DNA of 64,000 nt from Bacteroidota bacterium. Lineage in GTDB: Bacteria; Bacteroidota; Bacteroidia; Chitinophagales; LD1. The position numbers and the translations under genes were made by a program. Every line of letters starts with the position of its first letter. Positions within the stretch are counted from its first letter, which is position 1. Location: assembly GCA_947478005.1 (NCBI GenBank), contig CANJVG010000004.1, forward strand, positions 3,092 through 67,091. The letters are read 5' to 3'. Below, one piece after another: positions 56,042-64,000 of the stretch. The notes beneath the pieces were generated by a model that saw only the letters and a list, made by a program, of their open reading frames with translations, ran no database searches and was not told the origin of the DNA.

Positions 56042-56452
56042 ATGAAAAAATCAATCAAAGTAATGGTAGTCTCCTTTTCAGGAGTAGTTGTATTAGGTCT
56101 TCTCTCTTTCTCTTATGCAGGAGGAGAATGGAAAGTGCCTGATACCGACAAGAACGTTAAGAATGCCGTGAAATCAGATAAGGCAAGTATAGATGCCGGT
56201 GCTGTTTTATATGCTAAGCATTGCAAATCTTGCCATGGTAAAACAGGGGAAGGAGATGGTCCCAAAGCAACAGAGTTAAAAGGCGAACTTAGTGATTTTA
56301 CGCAGAGTAAATTTCAAAGTCAAACGGATGGCGCACTTTTCTACAAGATTAATAAGGGAAGAGATGAAATGCCTTCCTTTGCCAAGAAAATAAGCGAGGA
56401 AGATGATGTTTGGAGCATCATTAACTATATGCGCACATTCGGAAAGAAATAA
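56042..56452 (+). CDS. class I monoheme cytochrome c
   Basis: 136 aa. Signal peptide, CKSCHG heme motif, and a distal Met context (GRDEMPSF). Confidence 0.85.
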   Translation: MKKSIKVMVVSFSGVVVLGLLSFSYAGGEWKVPDTDKNVKNAVKSDKASIDAGAVLYAKHCKSCHGKTGEGDGPKATELKGELSDFTQSKFQSQTDGALFYKINKGRDEMPSFAKKISEEDDVWSIINYMRTFGKK

Positions 56453-56467
56453 CCTTTCGATTTATTA

Positions 56468-56506
56468 AACGCCATCCCTTTTTATGGGGGATGGCGTTTG
56501 CTTTTT
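56468..56506 (+). terminator. rho-independent terminator closing the 49.9-56.5 kb gene group
   Basis: AACGCCATCCC-tttttat-GGGGATGGCGTT followed by TGCTTTTT. Confidence 0.8.
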
Positions 56507-56579
56507 ATAAGGACTATTGATTTTCAAATAGCTTTGTAACATTGCGTTGAGCAGAAATAATTCTGTTTAGTTGAACTCT

Positions 56580-57593
56580 ATGATTAAAAAGCTCTTCGTG
56601 CTTTTGTTTATTGCTGGTGTGGCGGGATTGGCATTCGCCTATTATGTATTGGTAAGCCCCAACATTAACGGCACTAAAAAGATATCGATTAAAATCCCTA
56701 CAGGTTCAAACTATGAATCTGTGCTTCGAATCCTGCGTGACAAACAAGTATTGAAGAACGACTTCAATTTTGATTTGGTCAGTAACTGGAAACATTACCC
56801 GACCAATATAAAGTCCGGCTACTATACCTTTAGTGCTGGTATGAACAATCGGCAAATCATAAACATGCTTCGTTTGGGTTGGCAAACACCGGTAACCTTG
56901 GTTATCTATAATATCAGAACCAAAGAGGAGTTTGCCGGATTGGTATCCAGAACTCTGGAACTCGATTCACAATCTATTATCGACCAACTGAATGATGAAA
57001 CGTTTTGTGCCAGGTATAAATCTGACACTGCCAAAATTCTTTCGCGCTTCATTGTAGATAATTATGAGTTTTATTGGAATATCGGTATTGATAATTTCTT
57101 TGACAAGATGCATGAAGCGTATACGAAATTTTGGAATGTAGAACGCCAGGAAAAAGCCCAAGCACTGCATCTTTCTCCAACGGAGGTTACTACGTTGGCT
57201 TCCATTACCGAGAAGGAAGTAATTCGGGATAAGGAATTGCCGACAGTTGCCGGAGTTTATTTGAATCGTTTAAAAATTGGTATGCCATTGCAAGCTGACC
57301 CTACGTTAGTATTTGCACTAAGAGATTTTGATGCAAAAAGGGTAACCTCTTACCACAAGAGTTTCGACACGCCTTATAACACTTATAAATATGCCGGGCT
57401 TCCTCCGGGCCCCATCTGCATGCCCCGCAAAAAATCGATAGATGCCGTGTTGAATTACGAAGTGCACGACTACTTATATTTCTGCGCCAATCCGGAGCTG
57501 AATGGATATTCATTGTTCTCAAAGTCCTATGAAGACCAAATGCGCGTGGCAGCTCAATACCGTAAAAAATTGGACGCACTAAATGTTCACTAA
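56580..57593 (+). CDS. mltG: endolytic murein transglycosylase MltG (YceG family)
   Basis: N-terminal TM helix, LASITEKEV catalytic-region motif, and YNTYKYAGLPPGPI. The start was moved to the ATG at 56580. Confidence 0.85.
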   Translation: MIKKLFVLLFIAGVAGLAFAYYVLVSPNINGTKKISIKIPTGSNYESVLRILRDKQVLKNDFNFDLVSNWKHYPTNIKSGYYTFSAGMNNRQIINMLRLGWQTPVTLVIYNIRTKEEFAGLVSRTLELDSQSIIDQLNDETFCARYKSDTAKILSRFIVDNYEFYWNIGIDNFFDKMHEAYTKFWNVERQEKAQALHLSPTEVTTLASITEKEVIRDKELPTVAGVYLNRLKIGMPLQADPTLVFALRDFDAKRVTSYHKSFDTPYNTYKYAGLPPGPICMPRKKSIDAVLNYEVHDYLYFCANPELNGYSLFSKSYEDQMRVAAQYRKKLDALNVH

Positions 57594-57594
57594 A

Positions 57595-57628
57595 GAAAAT
57601 AAAAAAAGCCTGCACAGAACGTGCAGGC
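57595..57628 (-). terminator. terminator for 57655-58035 (A-run/hairpin on + strand)
   Basis: GCCTGCAC-agaac-GTGCAGGC preceded by A13 on the plus strand, which is a T run on the minus strand. Confidence 0.7.
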
Positions 57629-57654
57629 TCCTGACACACTAACAAAGGAAGCCT

Positions 57655-58035
57655 TTATGAGGCTAAGGAGAGAAGTTTATTGACTTGGTATTTTAATGTA
57701 AAAATTGACTGTTCTGCTTTGCGCACCTTATCACGAATACGGTTATTTTGAATTATTTCTGAAAGTGTAATCAACTTCTTGTCTTCACGGTGCAAAAAGA
57801 TTTTGTTCCACTCCTGCACCTCATCACGCAATTTGGCCATAAGCCCGCTCTGCAATACGATTTGATTGCGATATTCAGTTAAACACTGTTGATAGTGCAA
57901 ATCAAGAGTGCTCTTTTGCAATTGCTTTGTAATGGCATCTATATGCAACAGTTCTTCCTCATAGGCACATAAACTCATAAGCCACTCGTTATGGAGTTTT
58001 TCTATACTGCTACAATCTGTTTTAACTTGATTCAT
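57655..58035 (-). CDS. hypothetical helical protein
   Basis: 126 aa, no signal peptide, coiled-coil-like composition. No motif recognised. Confidence 0.45.
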   Translation of the reverse strand: MNQVKTDCSSIEKLHNEWLMSLCAYEEELLHIDAITKQLQKSTLDLHYQQCLTEYRNQIVLQSGLMAKLRDEVQEWNKIFLHREDKKLITLSEIIQNNRIRDKVRKAEQSIFTLKYQVNKLLSLAS

Positions 58036-58114
58036 AACCGTCTGACTTAATCAGATAACGGCTGGTTTAGTCAAATAGTATCTGCGTTAGCATTTTTTTG
58101 GAATTATGACAATT

Positions 58115-58990
58115 CTATGACAATTGGTCGCTGCGCTTATGCTTCCATCGCTTATGGCTCCACAGCCAATCAGCAGGGTGTTGACGGATGTGTTGCTCCA
58201 GGATGCTGACATATCTTTTGGTCACTTCATGCTCCGGTAGTTCGTTAGGCGAATCGGTAATCTTAATCAACTCAGTAGAGTACCATCCCGGTTTTGTCTC
58301 CACTATTTTAGGATAAATAACCACACAGTTATGCAGTCGCGCATAGCGCTCTGCCCCGGTAAAGAAGGCTGTATCCTGATGCATAAATTCTGTCCAGCAA
58401 GCAGTTTTCAAATTGGTAGGTGATTGATCGCTGATAAGTATACTCATAGTCAATTCTTTCAGCTCCATTGCAAAAAACTCCTTGCTGTCGCGCTGCATTA
58501 TCAGGTGCATGCCAAACTTACCTCTGGACCTTTGAATCATGCGATTGAAATAAGGGTTGCTGACTAAGCTCACCACCGCACAGGTCTTATAGGGATAATA
58601 GAGACTTGCTTTGTAACCGCCATACTCCCAAGAGGCAATATGACCCACCATTAACACTACCTGCCTTCCGGCTTTATAGCAGTCGCTAATCATATCGGGA
58701 TTCTCAATATGAACCCTTGCCTGCACCTCTTCGGCAGTAATAGTAAAGCACTTCACTGTTTCTACAATACGATAAGCCAGGTGGCGATAACTTTGGGAGG
58801 CTATTTTATTTAATTCTGCTTCCGGTTTTTCAGGAAATGATTTTTGGAGGTTCCCCAGCACCACCTTTTCTCTGTAGTGAAGTATATGTTCGAGGAACCA
58901 GGCAATCCCCTCTGCCATACGATATAAAATAACTGAAGGCAAGTAGGAAAAAAAAAGAAGAATGGGAGCAAGTAGATAATAGCTGAGCAT
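58115..58990 (-). CDS. LpxL/HtrB-type lysophospholipid acyltransferase
   Basis: 291 aa. N-terminal TM helix, VGHIASWEYGG (H-x-x-x-W-E) and a C-terminal HPADWLWSHKRWK. Confidence 0.75.
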   Translation of the reverse strand: MLSYYLLAPILLFFSYLPSVILYRMAEGIAWFLEHILHYREKVVLGNLQKSFPEKPEAELNKIASQSYRHLAYRIVETVKCFTITAEEVQARVHIENPDMISDCYKAGRQVVLMVGHIASWEYGGYKASLYYPYKTCAVVSLVSNPYFNRMIQRSRGKFGMHLIMQRDSKEFFAMELKELTMSILISDQSPTNLKTACWTEFMHQDTAFFTGAERYARLHNCVVIYPKIVETKPGWYSTELIKITDSPNELPEHEVTKRYVSILEQHIRQHPADWLWSHKRWKHKRSDQLS

Positions 58991-58996
58991 GAAAAA

Positions 58997-60316
58997 TTAT
59001 TTTCTCATCATCTCTTTTTCATTCAGTACGACCGTTCTGCGTTTGTGTCCGCTTCTGCCGAAAATATCAATGGTCATATTGCGGTTGCCGGCTTCACCGC
59101 TAAAGGAGATTCTGCCAAAGTTTCTTTTGGCGTAGTCCGTTCCCTTTACCCTATACTCATTGTGATATGCTCCGAGCAATCTTCGCGGAAGGGGTGGAGT
59201 CGTCAGGGGAGAACAGGTTAAATCGTACATTGGATATCCCTTCCAGTCGCGTTTACTCAATTCGCTATAATGTTTGTCTCCTGTTAAAAAAATAACACCC
59301 TTTATATTGTTTCGAGCTATGAAATCGAGCAGGTCGTTTCGCTCGCGCGGATAAGTGGCATACGATTCTCCGAAATGATTATCGTTAATGACCTGCGAAC
59401 CAATGGCAATAAATTTGAAAGAAGCATCGCTCATCTGCAGTTTGTTCTTGAGCCATATCATCTGTTTTTCGCCTAAAAAGTCGCCTAATGAATCGCCATC
59501 AGGAGCGCGGGAATAACGATCATCGCACATAAAGAATTCGGCATCATAGTAACGGAAGTTGAAGTAGTTGCCTTTGAATTGATCGCCTTCCGGGTAGGTA
59601 TTGGGCCACATGCCCTTAAACACTTTGAGCGAGGAATCTTTTAGCGTGAATCGTCTGTCAGAGTTGTCTGGTCCATAATCGTGGTCATCCCAAATAGCGT
59701 ACTGGGGAGTGGTAGACAGGAAATCGCGATACTTGCGGAAGGTTTTGCGCAAGCGAATATTGTAGTTAAACATGCCATCAAAACTACTGTAGCTCTTTTT
59801 CCAGTAATAAACATCATCGCCCAGCCAAACCATAAAATCGCTTTGCTTTTTCTTCATCCGGGTATAAATCCAGGCCGCACCACCGGGGAAAACTGCACGG
59901 GTAATGCCCGGCATCATCAGTGCGCAGGAGCCGAGCAGAAAATTGAAATCCTTAACCACGGTGTCAGCTTGAGTTTTGAAATAGTATTTGGCATTAGCGC
60001 CCCATCCATCTATAGAGACTAATACATTGTAGGTATGGTCAGGTTTTAGACCTGTGAAATCCATCGTAAGGGCTACTTCGCCTTTTTTATTGGTAATATA
60101 GCTGAGGTTGGTGGGATAGTAAACCCGTTTTTCGGCAGTATCACCAAGAATCAGAACATTCTGTCCTTTGCCACTATAGGCAATCCAGACTTTAGCAGAG
60201 TTTTTAGTTACCGAACCTACTATAGGGCCGGTAATTAGTTTTGGTCGGGTTACAGTTTGCGAGAAAGTATAGACTGCTGACACGGCAAGCAGGATGAAGA
60301 GGGTTGCTTTTTTCAC
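58997..60316 (-). CDS. PhoD-like metallophosphatase
   Basis: 439 aa. Signal peptide, VWLGDDVYY, IWDDHDYGPDNSD and FLTGDKHYSE. Confidence 0.75.
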   Translation of the reverse strand: MKKATLFILLAVSAVYTFSQTVTRPKLITGPIVGSVTKNSAKVWIAYSGKGQNVLILGDTAEKRVYYPTNLSYITNKKGEVALTMDFTGLKPDHTYNVLVSIDGWGANAKYYFKTQADTVVKDFNFLLGSCALMMPGITRAVFPGGAAWIYTRMKKKQSDFMVWLGDDVYYWKKSYSSFDGMFNYNIRLRKTFRKYRDFLSTTPQYAIWDDHDYGPDNSDRRFTLKDSSLKVFKGMWPNTYPEGDQFKGNYFNFRYYDAEFFMCDDRYSRAPDGDSLGDFLGEKQMIWLKNKLQMSDASFKFIAIGSQVINDNHFGESYATYPRERNDLLDFIARNNIKGVIFLTGDKHYSELSKRDWKGYPMYDLTCSPLTTPPLPRRLLGAYHNEYRVKGTDYAKRNFGRISFSGEAGNRNMTIDIFGRSGHKRRTVVLNEKEMMRK

Positions 60317-60426
60317 GGGGTGAAATTAAAAAGTAATTATAGAAAGGATATAGCTGAATGTCGAGTAAGGTATTACAGGCCTTTATAACCCTGAAAGGTT
60401 ACATGACTCAAGAACCCTCTGACCGC

Positions 60427-61809
60427 TTATTCCTTACAAATCTTTTGGGTATAAGTTTTGTCGGCCAACTGTACTTTTACAAAATAGATGCCTCTGCTTA
60501 CCTGACTTAAATCTATATCGGTGTAGGAGGCAGAAAGGGTTTCATTCAAGTCATTAACTGTTTCGCCCAATAGGTTATAAACCGCTATTGATTGAACGTA
60601 ATGCCCGCTATTGTCACTATAATTTACTCTGAATTTTCCGTTCGTAGGATTTGGATAAACGAGCAGGTCGCTGTTATTAAAACCGGCATCCGGTATGGCG
60701 GTGGTAGTGCTGCAGTTCAACAACACATCTACAAATCCTGTATTGATATTGCTGTACACCGAAACCACGGCCAGGTCGGGTTTGCCATCCTTATTGAAAT
60801 CGGTGCTGATGATGGAGTTGGGAAAAGAATCTACATCCAACAGAGTGGGCGCGCCAAAACCACCCAAACCATCTCCGGGTATCAAGGACACAAAGGGTAC
60901 GGTATTGCCCCGTACAACAGCTAAGGCTAAATCTACATTTCCATCGCCATCAAAATCGGCACTGCAAAGGGCCCGCGGCACTACTGATGAATTGATAGAG
61001 TAGTTGGTAACCGTTGCAAAGCTGCCGGTACCCAACAATACCGAAATATTACCCGTGATATTATTCTTCATATTGCAGGTAACCAGGTCGGCCTTGCCAT
61101 CGTGGGTCAAATCGACACTGATGATGGATAGGGGAGAAGTGTCAATGGCAAAACTGTTGACCCCGCCAAAACCACCAAGGCCATTGCCCAAAAGAATGGC
61201 TACACTGGATGCGCCCACGGCCGCTAAATCGGGAATGGTGTCGCCATTAAAATCGGCTGTGGTAAGTGCCGAAACAGGACTGCCAACCGCAACGCTGAGC
61301 GGTGCCGCAAAGCCACCTGCCCCGTTTCCGAGAGCCACCTCCACCAGGCCATAATGCGTAACTGCTAAATCGGCATTGCCATCGCGGTTAAAATCGGCCG
61401 TAACCATGGCCTTCGGTGACGAAACACCAAAGGCGGAAGTATCGGTACCAAAACCACCTGCTCCGTTGCCGAAAATGACTGACACATCCCAGGGGCCAAG
61501 ATTGGCTGTGGCTAAATCGGTCAGGCTGTCGTTGTTGAAATCGGCAGCGGTAATAGAATAGGGCAGATAGCCCACCTGAAAGTAAGTAGAAGTATCGAAT
61601 ACGCCCGCCCCTTTGCCCAACAGCACAGAGACCGTGCCTGCACGGTTAGCCACTGCCAAATCGGTAATACTATCGCCATTAAAATCGGCATGACATAGCG
61701 AACTGGGGTTGGTGCCCACCGGATAGGCTACCCTGGGTTGAAAACAAAACTGAGCTACTAGGGGCTGAAGGCCGGCTAAAAACAGAAGAGTAAATAATCT
61801 GGATTTCAT
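60427..61809 (-). CDS. FG-GAP/VCBS-repeat protein with T9SS C-terminal sorting domain
   Basis: 460 aa. About 7 repeats of ADFNGDxxxDLAVxN...GNGxGGF. C-terminal LLVYPNPTNGKF...GIYFVKVQL. Confidence 0.85.
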   Translation of the reverse strand: MKSRLFTLLFLAGLQPLVAQFCFQPRVAYPVGTNPSSLCHADFNGDSITDLAVANRAGTVSVLLGKGAGVFDTSTYFQVGYLPYSITAADFNNDSLTDLATANLGPWDVSVIFGNGAGGFGTDTSAFGVSSPKAMVTADFNRDGNADLAVTHYGLVEVALGNGAGGFAAPLSVAVGSPVSALTTADFNGDTIPDLAAVGASSVAILLGNGLGGFGGVNSFAIDTSPLSIISVDLTHDGKADLVTCNMKNNITGNISVLLGTGSFATVTNYSINSSVVPRALCSADFDGDGNVDLALAVVRGNTVPFVSLIPGDGLGGFGAPTLLDVDSFPNSIISTDFNKDGKPDLAVVSVYSNINTGFVDVLLNCSTTTAIPDAGFNNSDLLVYPNPTNGKFRVNYSDNSGHYVQSIAVYNLLGETVNDLNETLSASYTDIDLSQVSRGIYFVKVQLADKTYTQKICKE

Positions 61810-61908
61810 GGTGTAGTTGGTTTAGCGGTTTGATAAAGGAGGTATTAATGCTTACAAATATGCTAATAATTGACGGAAATATGGATAGGGTGAGGACCCG
61901 ATATGATG

Positions 61909-61996
61909 ATGGTGGACCGCAACTATTATAATGGTTAGAACCAATTATGATAATGGTTACTTGCAACTATCATCATAGTTAGAACCAACTATGATA
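61909..61996. repeat. two tandem ~44-bp units
   Basis: GCAACTATTATAATGGTTAGAACCAATTATGATAATGGTTACTT followed by GCAACTATCATCATAGTTAGAACCAACTATGATAATAGTCGTGA. Lies 100-190 nt upstream of the FG-GAP gene start. Confidence 0.7.
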
Positions 61997-62268
61997 ATAG
62001 TCGTGATGAAAAGTGATAATGGTTTTGGGTTTTTATGGCCGATATTTAGTTAAAAGGAATGGGAAAGGGGTTGTTTTTGAATTGCCTTTTTCGAAAGCCT
62101 TTATTGTAGGTGGTTGAACGAACAGGTGGGTATAGAGCGATGGGAGTTGGGGTTAGAGGCAAAACTGAGGCCTTTGGGTGGCAGAATTAATGTTCAAGGT
62201 TAACAATTTGCGGAGCCAGAAGGAATGAATCTTAAGGAAATGCGGGTGTTTCTATGTAATAAATGCCA

Positions 62269-62288
62269 CTTTTCAGTATACTGAAAAG
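62269..62288. promoter_or_regulatory. perfect 20-bp palindrome, candidate operator of the adjacent HTH gene
   Basis: CTTTTCAGTATACTGAAAAG ends 7 nt before the ATG at 62296. Confidence 0.5.
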
Positions 62289-62295
62289 AAGAACC

Positions 62296-62544
62296 ATGAG
62301 TAATCTAACAGTTGTAGAAACTTTCGGGGAACCTACAAAGAGACTTCGCGAAGAAAAAATTGCACTTGACCTGATGGGTCACCCAATACTCATGACACAG
62401 GGTATGCTTGCAAACGAGTGTAACTGCTCGGTGGGCACTATCTCACGCATCGAGCGCGATGTTCAAAAAACCTACACCACTGGGCACCTTGCTTTGGCTG
62501 GAGTGTTTGGCACAACGGTTGAAGAACTACTGAAAAACCTGTAA
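62296..62544 (+). CDS. XRE-family helix-turn-helix transcriptional regulator
   Basis: 82 aa. MTQGMLANECNCSVGTISRIERDVQ fits the HTH_3/XRE pattern. The start was moved to the ATG at 62296. Confidence 0.7.
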   Translation: MSNLTVVETFGEPTKRLREEKIALDLMGHPILMTQGMLANECNCSVGTISRIERDVQKTYTTGHLALAGVFGTTVEELLKNL

Positions 62545-62720
62545 GCCCATACCCTTAATATTGAATGGCTCTATGCAAGAATTATTTTGCAGGTGGCGAA
62601 GCTATGGAAGGAAGGGAAGGGAAATATTATCAGACATACCTACGCTATAAAAATTATTTTAGTAGCGCATATTATAATGTGAGGGGCAACATTGTGCGAC
62701 AGCTTAAACTTTAAACAAAC

Positions 62721-63977
62721 ATGATGACAAATAGAGGAAATAGAAGAAACGGACAACCAATTTTAATTCGTGACGACAAGTCAAATGGACTTGAGCGTAT
62801 TGCCTTAGACGCTAAAGCATTTAACGAGGACTGGATACAAAAACTCATTCACAACAACCCCGACATTTTACCAATTAGCGAAATTGACACTGGCTTTACT
62901 CCTCCAATTTCCATCGGCAGAGAGATTTCCACGACAGTTGGTTACATTGACAATTTATTTATTTCGCCTGACGGTTACTTGACAATAGTTGAAACTAAAC
63001 TTTGGCGTAACCCAGAGGCAAGACGTGAAGTTGTCGGACAAATTCTTGATTACGCAAAGGAGTTAAACAAGTGGACTTACACCGACCTTGACAATGCAGT
63101 TAAACAGTATAACCAACTTTACAACAACAACTCTGACGGACTTTTAGCAACAGTTCGCAAGCACACAGAACTTGACGAGGCTGACGAAAGATTTTTTATT
63201 GACAACATAAGCAAGAACTTAAAGCGTGGACGATTTTTGCTCTTAATCGTTGGTGACGGCATTCGTGAAAGCGTTGAAGATATGGTTGAGTATCTAACAC
63301 AGACACCACAACTTTATTTCACGTTAGCATTAGTTGAGCTTCAGGTTTACAAACTCAACCAAACTGACAATTCGCTAGTTGTAATTCCGCAACTCGTAAC
63401 ACGGACAAGAGAAATTACAAGAGCAATTGTCAGAATTGAAGGCAACTATTCAGCGGACTTGAAAGTGAATATTGAAACGGACTTAGGAACAGAAACAAGT
63501 AAGCAACAAACGCAAGCACAAAAACGACTGACAATTACCGCACAAGATTTTGTTGAGCAACTTCAACAAAACACCAATAAAGAAACCGTTGACTTTGCAA
63601 AACAAATCATCAAAGACAGCGAGGACTTAGGACTTTACATTGAATGGAACTCTGGCAGTTTCAGTATCAAACTTCCCGACCCACAAGGTAGCGGTGTAAA
63701 AATTGGCATCGTAAATATTGACAGAGGCGGACTTTTTTATTTAGGTTTCTCAAGAGGACAGTTTGAGAAGTTGCAATTGCCAATGGACATCAGTTACAGT
63801 TTTGCAGCAGACACTGCTTCGTTACTTCCTGGCATCAAACAAAATCCTGACAAAAAACATATTTGGAATAAGTATTCAACACTTGGCGACTTGAAAAAAG
63901 TTTATCCGCAGTTTATGGACAGAGTAAAAAAATATATTGATGACATCATCAACGAAGGACAGAAAAGCAGCCGCTAA
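62721..63977 (+). CDS. NucS/RecB-like PD-(D/E)xK nuclease-domain protein with uncharacterised C-terminal region
   Basis: 418 aa. EDWIQKLIHNNPDILP...GYIDNLFISPDGYLTIVETKLWRNPEARREVVGQILDY carries D...E-x-K followed by a QxxxY-type motif. The remaining ~290 aa are unassigned. Confidence 0.6.
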   Translation: MMTNRGNRRNGQPILIRDDKSNGLERIALDAKAFNEDWIQKLIHNNPDILPISEIDTGFTPPISIGREISTTVGYIDNLFISPDGYLTIVETKLWRNPEARREVVGQILDYAKELNKWTYTDLDNAVKQYNQLYNNNSDGLLATVRKHTELDEADERFFIDNISKNLKRGRFLLLIVGDGIRESVEDMVEYLTQTPQLYFTLALVELQVYKLNQTDNSLVVIPQLVTRTREITRAIVRIEGNYSADLKVNIETDLGTETSKQQTQAQKRLTITAQDFVEQLQQNTNKETVDFAKQIIKDSEDLGLYIEWNSGSFSIKLPDPQGSGVKIGIVNIDRGGLFYLGFSRGQFEKLQLPMDISYSFAADTASLLPGIKQNPDKKHIWNKYSTLGDLKKVYPQFMDRVKKYIDDIINEGQKSSR

Positions 63978-64000
63978 AATTGAGTTTGCCATAGGTCTGG

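Noticed and set aside
49870-56452. Alternative complex III (act operon)
   Set aside because: It lacks the pentaheme ActA, the large molybdopterin-like part of ActB, the second NrfD-like ActF and ActD. Only the FeS/NrfD/monoheme logic overlaps.
1-64000. Retron, DGR, group II intron, prophage or transposon
   Set aside because: No reverse transcriptase, integrase, transposase, capsid or terminase-like ORF appears among the translated frames, and no long terminal inverted repeats were seen.

Overview
About 64 kb of a Bacteroidota-type chromosome. The lineage call rests on several T9SS C-terminal sorting domains, SprB repeats, a fused SecDF, a TonB-dependent receptor and a TamB/TsaD divergent pair. 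GC looks low-to-mid 40s by eye. No rRNA, tRNA, CRISPR array, transposase, integrase or reverse transcriptase could be supported.

Most of the window is ordinary core content: RlmL-like methyltransferase, GH1 glycosidase, secDF, galT-galK, miaE, tsaD, tamB-like, mltG, Mrp/NifU, two PhoD-like phosphatases, and lipid acyltransferases.

Four regions stand out.
(1) 1.8-7.5 kb holds a compact aryl-polyene/flexirubin-like type II FAS/PKS operon: KS, ACP, LpxL-type acyltransferase, hotdog dehydratase, 4HBT thioesterase, a second KS, and a flavin-dependent halogenase-like enzyme.
(2) 7.6-13.2 kb is my best candidate for an undescribed system. Six unrelated small genes are each preceded by a near-identical ~70-bp element. 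They sit in a mosaic of at least three other short hairpin-forming repeat families and end at a 21-bp tandem array. The layout resembles integron or rAID-type immunity-gene arrays, but no recombinase is in view.
(3) 49.9-56.5 kb carries an orphan NrfC/NrfD-type quinone-interacting module with no molybdopterin catalytic subunit. It is linked to a heme-domain-like lipoprotein, an outer-membrane beta-barrel and a monoheme cytochrome c. The NrfD subunit has an unusual ~300-aa C-terminal extension.
(4) 62.2-64.0 kb has an XRE-type HTH gene with a perfect 20-bp palindrome at its start, followed by a NucS/RecB-like PD-(D/E)xK nuclease-domain protein whose codon style matches the cassette genes.

Three separate 21/42-bp tandem arrays lie 120-250 bp upstream of genes. 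All functional calls rest on motifs read from the translations. No database search was possible.
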